A stretch of DNA of 64,000 nt from positions 1,103,008-1,167,007 of the forward strand of contig OZ243961.1 in assembly GCA_965214605.1 (NCBI GenBank), given 5' to 3'. Positions 9,346 to 17,480 of this stretch are shown here, one piece after another. The notes under the pieces are model-generated. The model was given only the letters and a program-made list of their open reading frames with translations, made no database searches and was not told the origin of the DNA. This DNA is from an uncultured Candidatus Binatia bacterium. Lineage in GTDB: Bacteria > Desulfobacterota > Binatia > Bin18. The number at the start of each line of letters is the position of its first letter. Position 1 is the stretch's first letter. The translations under genes and the position numbers were made by a program.

Positions 9346-10347
9346 ATGGCGGATCAGCTACAACATGATTTGCTGCCACGGGCGAGCCACGATGAGCTCG
9401 CACGACAAAACTTTGTGCAAAGTCTGAAATTACACCTGGCAACAAAAATCGCCCCGGGCAATGAGCTTGTTTATGAAAAGCGGGCCAAACCCCGCTTTCA
9501 ACAACAGACAGGACGTCCGCCCAAAGACCGCCACGAAGTTCGCCGGAGCATGCGAGACGAGCCGTATTATCAGGCCTGGGGCTCACTGCAACGGACCAGT
9601 CAGGAGATGATGTGGGAGGCGGTCGACTCAAGCGTTGCGCGCCAGCTGCCTGAGCTTGTTGTGCGTGCCAGTCACAACGCCAAGCCCCTGGGCTCCTTAC
9701 GTCTCGATCCGGATCTTGCCATCCCAACCTATCACACGGCAGTCGATATTCACTGCCAACCCGGCGGCTATCATACTGAGTGCGGTCCGCAGGATGATGT
9801 GGCGGCTGGAGCGCTCTACGATCGCGCCGTCCATATCTACGCCATGAGCCGTCTGGGGACATTGAATGACGAGATGGGACAGTCGGTCGTGGTGTATTTG
9901 CAGCACCGCTATCCGGATTGCCGACCCACCCGAATCCTTGACATGGGCTGCACGGTTGGCCACAGCACGCTCCCCTATGTCGATGCCTATCCAGCGGCCC
10001 AGGTTTTTGCCATTGACGTGGGCGCGCCGGTGCTCCGCTACGCTCATGCCCGGGCTGAAGCGCTGGGCAAATGTGTTCATTTTTCGCAGCAAAACGCTGA
10101 ACGGACCACGTTTGCCGAAGCATCGTTTGACCTCATTGTGTCGCATATTTTGCTACACGAAACGTCGAGCAAGGCGCTCCGTAACATCGTTCGAGAAAGC
10201 TATAGGCTGCTCACTCCGGGCGGTCTGATGATCCACCAGGAGGTCTCCCAGTATCACGGCTTAGACCCCTACCAAGCCTTCATCCTTGATTGGGACACGT
10301 ACAACAATAACGACCGTTCTGGGGGACTCTGCGTGACACAGATCTGA
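9346..10347 (+). CDS. Class I SAM-dependent methyltransferase
   Basis: Motif I ILDMGCTVGHST and downstream acidic-loop and motif IV-like segments (FDLIVSHILLHE, LLTPGGLMI). Confidence 0.75.
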   Translation: MADQLQHDLLPRASHDELARQNFVQSLKLHLATKIAPGNELVYEKRAKPRFQQQTGRPPKDRHEVRRSMRDEPYYQAWGSLQRTSQEMMWEAVDSSVARQLPELVVRASHNAKPLGSLRLDPDLAIPTYHTAVDIHCQPGGYHTECGPQDDVAAGALYDRAVHIYAMSRLGTLNDEMGQSVVVYLQHRYPDCRPTRILDMGCTVGHSTLPYVDAYPAAQVFAIDVGAPVLRYAHARAEALGKCVHFSQQNAERTTFAEASFDLIVSHILLHETSSKALRNIVRESYRLLTPGGLMIHQEVSQYHGLDPYQAFILDWDTYNNNDRSGGLCVTQI

Positions 10348-10523
10348 CCGCGATTGCTGTTGAAGCCGGCTTTGCCAAAGAGCAGGTCGTTGAGACGATG
10401 ATTCCGAGCGCCTTCCAGGTCAAAGGGCGCGCCCGACGTCTCCAGGCCGGCGACTTTGGCGGCAGCGGACAATGGTTCATCTTTGCTGCTACCAAATAGT
10501 ACCAGGCTGCGGGGAAAAGAACG

Positions 10524-10856
10524 ATGACACGGACAGCCAAGGGCCAGCGTCCAGCCTTTTTTGACGACCCGCAGATTGACAAGCTGTTAGCGATAATCAT
10601 GGCTCTGGCCGGAGAAGTGAGCGTACTGCGGGAGCGGCTCGATACGGTCGAAAGACTGCTCGAGGCCGAAGGCCTCGTATCTCGTCGCAATATTGAAACC
10701 TACCGAGCGGACGCCGCCGCGGCTGTGGAACGAGAACGCTGGCGGGGAGAATATCTGGAGCGGATTCTGCGGGTTCTCCACCAAGAGCGGGAGACGATAG
10801 CAGACAGCAAAACGCTCCCATCCCACGAACGGGCGGTTCGCACCGGAACTTTGTAA
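10524..10856 (+). CDS. Hypothetical small helical protein
   Basis: Protein-like ORF of 110 aa with no recognisable domain. Confidence 0.35.
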   Translation: MTRTAKGQRPAFFDDPQIDKLLAIIMALAGEVSVLRERLDTVERLLEAEGLVSRRNIETYRADAAAAVERERWRGEYLERILRVLHQERETIADSKTLPSHERAVRTGTL

Positions 10857-11517
10857 GAGCCAAGAGCGCAGTTTTGGCCTTTAACTTTCAGGATTTTCCC
10901 AATGTCTTTGATTCTCGGTGTTGACCTTGTCGGCACGTCGGCACATACACAAAGGCCATTTTTCGGCATCTCGCCCATCCTGACAGAAGGATGTCATCGA
11001 CCGACATCAGCATCCAGAATCGAGGTAATGCGCTATTTTTCCTTGATTTTCGAATAGCGACGAGGCGTGCATTGTCGTCTCCGATGCGCTTCAACGCGCC
11101 TGAGTTTCAGTCCGGTCGCTTGCGGTATGCTACGGTTCCATCCCCACCTGAAACAGGAACATTTACAGTTGACCAGGCACGGCGTCAGGCGGCGCTCGCC
11201 ATCGCCCGCATCAAGTACGTCGCGGAGCACCTGCCCAACGTCGGGGTAACCTTCGACAAGTTTCCTGTCGTCGCCCACGCATCGGGGCGCTCGACAAAAC
11301 ACAGCGCATCGGGCAGCGCCTCAACCCGAACTCAAGGACATGCGGTGGACCCTGCTGGGGATCCCGGAAGCCTCGGTTCCGAACACAGTATTGCCTTCTG
11401 CAACCTTATCGACTATAGTAGCCGGCGACCCAGCGAACCTACGTTACCAACCCGCCATTCTTCGGGCAGCCAAGTTTCTGTGGCGGCAAGAATATCGTCG
11501 AGCGAGGGCGGCACACC

Positions 11518-12067
11518 CATGCGAATACGCCACTACTCCATAACGAAACGCCTCGTCTTCGTTGGGCCGTTTCTGTATGTGCTCGTGCTGGCGACGGCAT
11601 CCCTCACGGGGCGGGGAGAAATCTACCCCTTCTTTGCCTGGGACTTGTTCGCGGGGGTGCCGGCGGGGTGGGTCATCCAGACGCCCGCCGTGGTGGCGCA
11701 TCCGATGGACGACTCCCGAAATTTAGGGGGGGGGGGGGGACGCTGGGTCATTCCGTCCCCCGACCCCCGGCATTTGAAGGTGCTGCGCGAGGTCCTGCAC
11801 GCGTGTGAGCGCCGCGCGGCCCCCGCGTGCCGGTCCGCCGTGGCCCGCCTGCTGCTCCCCCTCGTCGTTGACGGCGTGGGGAGCGGCGCCGTGGAGTTCA
11901 GTCTCGTCTGGGCGGCCGTCGATCTGCGCGCCCTCCGGGAGGACATCTGGGCGCTCGCCGCCGGCCGCACGCAGCGCATGGACTATGCCCGGGTCGCTAC
12001 GGTGCTCTCGCGGTGGCGCGCGGCCGCGGCCGGCGGCCTGCACCGGGTTGATGGGGGCACCCCGTGA
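11518..12067 (+). CDS. Hypothetical protein, first gene of the high-GC cassette. Contains a poly-Gly stretch encoded by a 14-G run. The start is uncertain, because the ORF is open back to 10991.
   Basis: An abrupt GC jump begins near the ATG at 11518 (MRIRHYSITKRLVFVGPFLYVLVLATA...). An N-terminal transmembrane helix is present. The stop overlaps the GTG start of the downstream gene (GTGA). Confidence 0.35.
11726..11739. repeat. 14-bp poly-G homopolymer
   Basis: Read directly from the sequence: G x14, encoding GGGGG inside the 11518-12067 ORF. Confidence 0.9.
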
Positions 12068-13416
12068 ACGCTGCGCGGCTGCAGGGCCGGCTCCGCAAGA
12101 CCCTCCTCCACGTGGAGACGGGGGAGCGGCGGCGCGCGGCCGACTTCTCGCGGGCCGCGCGCCACATCGCCGTGCTGGTCCGGTTCTATTACATCTTCGT
12201 CGCGTACCTCCTCTTCGGCCGGTTCAAGGTTGCGAATTTGCTCCACGGCATTCCCCCGCCCGCGCCGTTGTGGCCCCTGGACCTGATGGCGACAGTCGCG
12301 GGCTCCGCGTGGCTCGCGTGGGGCGAGCTCCTCACGGCGGCGGGCGTGGGGGTGGCGCTGCTGGCGGCGCTGTGTCCGGGCGTGCTGCTCTTCCGGCTTG
12401 GGGTCTTCGTCTATCTCTTCATCGGCATCGCGCTGGCCAACTCCTATGGCGCCATCAGCCATGGGCGCCATCTCTTCCTCTATGTCTCCTTCGGGTTGTT
12501 GTGGCTGCCGGCGGCCATCGGCCGCCCGGAGCGCATGGCGCGCCGGGAGGCGATGGCGTGCAACGCGGCCTTCTGGCTGACACAGGCACTGCTGCTGCTG
12601 CCCTACAGCCTCAGCGGCTTCTGGACACTCTGGCGCAGCAACCTCCAGTTGGTGTCCCTCGACTCCTTCGTCCGGCTGGTCCTCGCCGGCCTGCTCGAAC
12701 AGGCCGGCGGGCCCCTCCCGCCGCTGGTCCCGTGGCTCGCCCAGTACCCCTCGGTCGGCCAGGGCTTGTATCTGGCGTTTTGCTATGTGGAAGGGCTGCT
12801 GCTCGTCAGTCTGTTCCGCCCCCACTTGCAGCGAGGGTTCGGCCTGGTCGTCATCGGGTTCCATCTCGGGACGCGGTGGCTGCTCGGCTTTGCCGCCGCT
12901 CCCTACCTCGTGCTCTGGTTCCTCTTCCTGGTGGCTTCGCCGTTCGCCGCGGCCCGGTTCTCCCCGGTCGCCACGGCGCGCTCGCTGCCGCTCCTCGGCC
13001 TCCCCTTCCGCGCGTGGGCGCGCTGGAGGCGCCCGGAGAAAGGGGCGGAGAAGGCGTGGCTGGTGTATGATGGCGAGTGCCCGTTCTGTTCGCGTTACTC
13101 ACGCATGGTCGATGTGAGAGATGCCATCGGCGAACTCATACTCGTGAACGCCCGCGATGGGGGGCCGATCGTGGACGAGATCAAGGCCCTGCCTTGGGAT
13201 CTCAACAGGGGCATGGTACTGAAACTGAACGGACGATACCGGTTTGGCGACGAGGCCCTGCACACCTTGGCGCTCCTGTCGCGGAAGAATGGCGCATTCG
13301 GCATCCTGAACCGTCTCGTGCTCGGTTCGCGCGCGGTCGCATGGTTCGCATACCCGCTGTTGAAGCTCTGCAGGAGGCTGGCGCTGATGGCGAAAAGGGT
13401 TCCGGTCCTGAAGTAG
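12064..13416 (+). CDS. Polytopic membrane protein (HTTM-like domain) fused to a C-terminal DCC-family thiol-disulfide oxidoreductase domain (DUF393)
   Basis: Multiple predicted transmembrane helices in the N-terminal 300 aa. The C-terminal WLVYDGECPFCSRYSRMVD carries the DGxCxxC signature of the DCC/DUF393 family. In Pfam architectures this domain commonly co-occurs with the HTTM (vitamin-K-carboxylase-like) domain. Confidence 0.6.
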   Translation: MNAARLQGRLRKTLLHVETGERRRAADFSRAARHIAVLVRFYYIFVAYLLFGRFKVANLLHGIPPPAPLWPLDLMATVAGSAWLAWGELLTAAGVGVALLAALCPGVLLFRLGVFVYLFIGIALANSYGAISHGRHLFLYVSFGLLWLPAAIGRPERMARREAMACNAAFWLTQALLLLPYSLSGFWTLWRSNLQLVSLDSFVRLVLAGLLEQAGGPLPPLVPWLAQYPSVGQGLYLAFCYVEGLLLVSLFRPHLQRGFGLVVIGFHLGTRWLLGFAAAPYLVLWFLFLVASPFAAARFSPVATARSLPLLGLPFRAWARWRRPEKGAEKAWLVYDGECPFCSRYSRMVDVRDAIGELILVNARDGGPIVDEIKALPWDLNRGMVLKLNGRYRFGDEALHTLALLSRKNGAFGILNRLVLGSRAVAWFAYPLLKLCRRLALMAKRVPVLK

Positions 13417-14111
13417 GAAACTCTTCGTAACGTTCACCTTCGCGACGGGGATCACCGACGCTACTGCTTGATGACGAAACCTTCATCAAGCGGGGAGATG
13501 CAGCGAATGCTGGCGGAGGGCATTGCGTCCGAGGACCGGCGGATTGTCGATCTGACGGTGCTGGATCTAAACGTTCAGTCGCCGCAGCACGGTCCCGACC
13601 TTCGGTGGGTGCAGGCTCACCCGTGGAGCTCAACCCGCCCCATCGCCGAGGTCCGTGCCCTACAGCGAGTATTGATTTCATGTCACGCCCAGGTCCGATT
13701 TCGCCCGGAGGACGTTTGGGAATAACCTCGGGGCGGAATGAATGGTTGGTGAAAGCCATGGAGAATTATATTGAGATTGCGCCTTAGGTTCACGGTCGGT
13801 CCCCGTTGATGGCCGTGGGCCGTCACAAGCGGGAAGAGGCGCAGGAATGGTTGGCGGCGTGTTTCCGGTGTCCGGCGTATTCGCTAGGCTGGCGTCGGTC
13901 GGGGCGGGTCTGCAACCGTTCCGGATGATCGATGGGAGGGGGCAAAAGGACCTGACGCCGCCCTCAACCGGCGTCAAGCCGGTGAAAGAATCGTCATCGA
14001 GAACCGCCGTGCGCTCGACGACAACGCATGGCGGCGAGCGTTACCAGCCTCTTGCGGGACCTCAATTCGATTGTGTATGATGACACCGACACGGTCACCC
14101 GTACGGCCCGA

Positions 14112-14147
14112 CCGAACAGTCACCAGAATCGTAACTGTTCGGTGACC
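14112..14147. promoter_or_regulatory. Inverted repeats, candidate operator, upstream of the hydantoinase-like operon
   Basis: A perfect 9-bp inverted repeat CCGAACAGT-N13-ACTGTTCGG is interleaved with GTCACC/GGTGAC, about 140 bp upstream of the 14281 start. An AT-rich stretch with TTGCAA and TAGAAT hexamers follows at 14225-14243. Confidence 0.3.
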
Positions 14148-14280
14148 TGTATGTGGAGAACGCAGACATGCACAGTTACGATGTTGATCGAATCCGCTTG
14201 CGGAATGCTTACGCTAACGGAAGTTTGCAAATGTTACTAGAATTTTTGTTCTTTTAAAAGAATAATGAAAACAATCTGTT

Positions 14281-16341
14281 ATGAGCTTCACAGGATCCGA
14301 TTACCGCATCGGAGTTGACGTAGGCGGCACCTTTACAGACCTGCTACTTTTTGACCAACAAACCGGCCACCAGGTCAGGGCCAAGACCCCCTCGACTCCA
14401 GACGATCCGTCGGTCGGCGTGCTGGCAGGGATTGATAAGATCTGTCGGGCGGCCCAGATCCCTGCGGCCCAGATCACCCACATTATGCATGGCACGACCG
14501 TAGCAACCAACGCAGTCCTGGAAGGCAAGGGTGCCCGGGTCGGCCTGATTACAACCGAGGGGTTCAAGCAGATCCTGCACCTGGCCCGCTCGTGGACGCC
14601 GGGTCCGCTGGCAGGCTGGATTACTATGGAGAAGCCCGATCCGCCTGCCGCAATTGAGTACACCCGAGAGGCTAAGGAGCGGATCGACACCCACGGCAAT
14701 ATTGTCACCCCGCTCGACGAGGATGCGCTGCGAGACGCGCTAGACGACTTGGTCGGTCAAGCTATTGAAGCCCTCACCATCTCCCTGATTAACTCGTATA
14801 CCAATCAGATTCACGAAAAGCGGATTAAAGCCATTGCCCAGGAACTCTATCCCGATCTGCCGGTCACTGCTTCCTCTGAGGTTCTACCCGAGTTCCGTGA
14901 GTATGAGCGCACCCTGACCGCGGTGATGAACTCCTATGTCCGCCCTACCGTTTCGGTCTATTTACGGAATTTCGCCGATCAGTTGATTGATCACGGGCTA
15001 CGCGCAGAGGTGAATATCCTGCGCTCCGACGCGGGTCTGATGACCTTACGCATGGCCCAAGAACGGCCGGTGTACGCCGTCATGTCGGGTCCGGCCGGTG
15101 GGGTTGCAGGAGCGCTGTTTACCGCCACCACAGCCGGCTTTGGTAATATTCTCACCCTGGATATGGGCGGGACCTCAACCGACGTCGCGCTGTGTCAGAA
15201 CGGCACGCAGACTATCGCCCGCGAGACAACACTGGGCTATTTTCCAATCAAAGTTCCCTCGGTTGATGTACGCAGCATTGGGGCTGGGGGTGGCTCGATT
15301 GCCCATGTGCCGGAGATTACGAATGCTCTGCGGGTTGGTCCGCAGAGCGCAGGGGCAGAGCCGGGGCCGGCGTGTTACGGTCGGGGCGGAACCCAACCAA
15401 CGGTGACAGACGCTAATCTTGTGCTCGGCCATCTGCCCCCTCGACTGCTAGGCGGTGAGATGCGTCTGGACGAAGAGGCCGCGCACGCTGCGGTTGAGAG
15501 CGTAGGCCGCAAACTTGGTTTAGACGTCTATCGGGCCGCGCAGGGCATTGTGGATATTGTCAATGAGAACATACATGGCGCGTTACGCCTGGTCTCAGTG
15601 CAACGCGGCTATGACCCGCGCAATTTTGCACTCGTGGCTTTTGGTGGTGCAGGTCCCCTCCACGCCAACGCGGTGGCCAGCCTAATTGGCTCATTCCCTC
15701 TCATCATCCCCCCCGCACCCGGGATACTATGTGCCACCGGCGATGTGTGTTCCGACTACCGTGAAGAGTTCGCTCGGACCGTACTGCGGACCCTGGACCA
15801 GCTGCCGGCGGCTGAGGTTAAACAGTTGCTCCAGGAACTCGGCAGCGAGGCCGCCGGCTGGCTTGAGCGCGAGGGCATTCCCCGCTCCCAGCAGGACATA
15901 TTCTATAACGCCGACATGCGCTATTTCCGCCAAGGCTACGAGCTGCCGATCGTCATTACGCTCGAAGACTTACAGGCACAGGGGATCGGCATCCTAGCCG
16001 ACCGCTTCCACGCTTTGCACGAACAGTTGTACCGCTTTCGGCTCGACGCGGAGTGCGAAATCGTCAACCTGCGGGCCGTGGCTCTGGGTAAAGGGGCGCG
16101 CTTCAGCCTGAACGCAGCGGACCTCGACGGCCCGGACGCGGCCCATGCCCAAACCGACGAGCACCGGACTTATTTTGACGGCAATTTTCTGCCCACACCA
16201 ATCTATGATCGGTTCAAGCTCAGACCCGGTAACCGGCTCACCGGCCCAGCCATCGTTACTGAAATGGACTCGACCACCGTCGTCCTGCCGCACTGTACGG
16301 CTGAGGTCGATCGCTACGCCAATATTTTGGTTCGACCGTAG
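14281..16341 (+). CDS. Hydantoinase/oxoprolinase A-family protein (HyuA / acetone-carboxylase-beta-like)
   Basis: N-terminal YRIGVDVGGTFTDLLL (ASKHA-fold phosphate-1), DMGGTSTDVAL, and a length of about 686 aa, typical of the Hydantoinase_A family. Confidence 0.85.
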   Translation: MSFTGSDYRIGVDVGGTFTDLLLFDQQTGHQVRAKTPSTPDDPSVGVLAGIDKICRAAQIPAAQITHIMHGTTVATNAVLEGKGARVGLITTEGFKQILHLARSWTPGPLAGWITMEKPDPPAAIEYTREAKERIDTHGNIVTPLDEDALRDALDDLVGQAIEALTISLINSYTNQIHEKRIKAIAQELYPDLPVTASSEVLPEFREYERTLTAVMNSYVRPTVSVYLRNFADQLIDHGLRAEVNILRSDAGLMTLRMAQERPVYAVMSGPAGGVAGALFTATTAGFGNILTLDMGGTSTDVALCQNGTQTIARETTLGYFPIKVPSVDVRSIGAGGGSIAHVPEITNALRVGPQSAGAEPGPACYGRGGTQPTVTDANLVLGHLPPRLLGGEMRLDEEAAHAAVESVGRKLGLDVYRAAQGIVDIVNENIHGALRLVSVQRGYDPRNFALVAFGGAGPLHANAVASLIGSFPLIIPPAPGILCATGDVCSDYREEFARTVLRTLDQLPAAEVKQLLQELGSEAAGWLEREGIPRSQQDIFYNADMRYFRQGYELPIVITLEDLQAQGIGILADRFHALHEQLYRFRLDAECEIVNLRAVALGKGARFSLNAADLDGPDAAHAQTDEHRTYFDGNFLPTPIYDRFKLRPGNRLTGPAIVTEMDSTTVVLPHCTAEVDRYANILVRP

Positions 16342-16704
16342 ACGTGGCGGGAGGAAAGCAAGCTAGAGCATGGATGAACAGTCCCTCGACCTTGCTCAAC
16401 GAGCAGTCATCGCCTTGGCAACGGTGCCAAAGCCTGAAAAGCCTGAGATGTCTCCCGGTGACTGAGTAGCCCTGAGAGTCGGCATGTCCCACGGTTTGCT
16501 CATTGTCTGGGGCTTCTGTAAGGTGCATACTAGAGAGTGGAGAATGACTAGACGTTCGCGCAACGCAAGAAAGAAAAGTAGGCACTCTATCCACCCGGTA
16601 TGACCTGCACGTGGTCGAGTTGACAGACAGCGAGTTCCAGAACCTTGACGACAACCTAGTGCAGCCCCTGCTCCTCTTCGGCATCAATTGCACCTGACAC
16701 ATCT

Positions 16705-17400
16705 ATGACAGTAGCCTCCCCCCTTCTCCCCGACCCAATAGCCAAGCTGGTCGCTGGCGCCTTAGCCTTCCGCCAGGACGAATACGGAGCTGGCAGCAGC
16801 CTCATGCCCCGTTTGGCCGCTGGCCAGCAGCCCCACGTCCTGATGATTGGATGCAGCGACTCGCGCGTTGATCCGGCCCTACTCTGCGGTACAAGGCCTG
16901 GCGATCTATTCGTTGTTCGCAATGTCGCTAACCTAGTGCCGGCCTATGACCAGCGCGACAGCCTGGGCCAGGGGGTGCGCGCAGCTCTCGAATATGGCGT
17001 GAAAGCGCTGAAGGTTTCACACATCGTCGTGCTCGGCCACTCCCACTGCGGCGGCATCCGGGTCCTGATTGATACAGCCCGAGGCAGAGCGCCTGCATTT
17101 GAATGTATCGGCCCATGGCTCAGCCTGGCCGGCGATGTCTGCGACCGAGTGTTGAAGCAGCTGGCCGCGGATTCCTCAAAACATGTGACCACAGAGCAGC
17201 TGCCAACCTACGCTCCGCTGGTCGAGCGCCAAGCCGTCCTGCACTCTCTTCACAACCTCCGCACTTATCCCTGGATCAGCACCAGAATCGCCAGCGAGAC
17301 ATTGAGCCTACACGGCTGGTGGTTTGATCTCGATTCCGGGCGGCTATGGACGACCCAAGCGCCGGCTTCGGACAAGCTCACCCTGCTTGAGGCCGAGTGA
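16705..17400 (+). CDS. Beta-class carbonic anhydrase
   Basis: Zinc-ligand motifs CSDSR and HSHCGG(I), typical of beta-carbonic anhydrases. Confidence 0.85.
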   Translation: MTVASPLLPDPIAKLVAGALAFRQDEYGAGSSLMPRLAAGQQPHVLMIGCSDSRVDPALLCGTRPGDLFVVRNVANLVPAYDQRDSLGQGVRAALEYGVKALKVSHIVVLGHSHCGGIRVLIDTARGRAPAFECIGPWLSLAGDVCDRVLKQLAADSSKHVTTEQLPTYAPLVERQAVLHSLHNLRTYPWISTRIASETLSLHGWWFDLDSGRLWTTQAPASDKLTLLEAE

Positions 17401-17480
17401 ATGAGTCCCTGGCCGTCGGCTTTTCTCTAAGCGCCCTATCTGGTAGCTGAAGGGGAGAGTTGGCAGAGAGGAGCACAACT

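Noticed and set aside
9326-10146. Two minus-strand ORFs of 265 and 149 aa
   Set aside because: They are antisense to the methyltransferase gene, which has a clear SAM-binding motif. Their composition is Arg/Pro-rich.
11623-13102. Several long Arg/Pro/Gly-rich ORFs on the minus strand and in alternative plus frames: 11623-11979, 11723-12043, 11805-13070, 11983-12864, 12785-13117 and 12851-13102
   Set aside because: They lie inside the 70-75% GC cassette, where stop codons are rare in every frame. Their composition (poly-R, poly-P, poly-G) is not protein-like. The plus-frame HTTM-DCC gene has clear transmembrane periodicity and a domain motif.
16256-16702. 148-aa minus-strand ORF spanning the spacer between hyuA and the carbonic anhydrase gene
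   Set aside because: It is Ser/Arg-rich with no motif, and it lies antisense within an operon. It is probably spurious.
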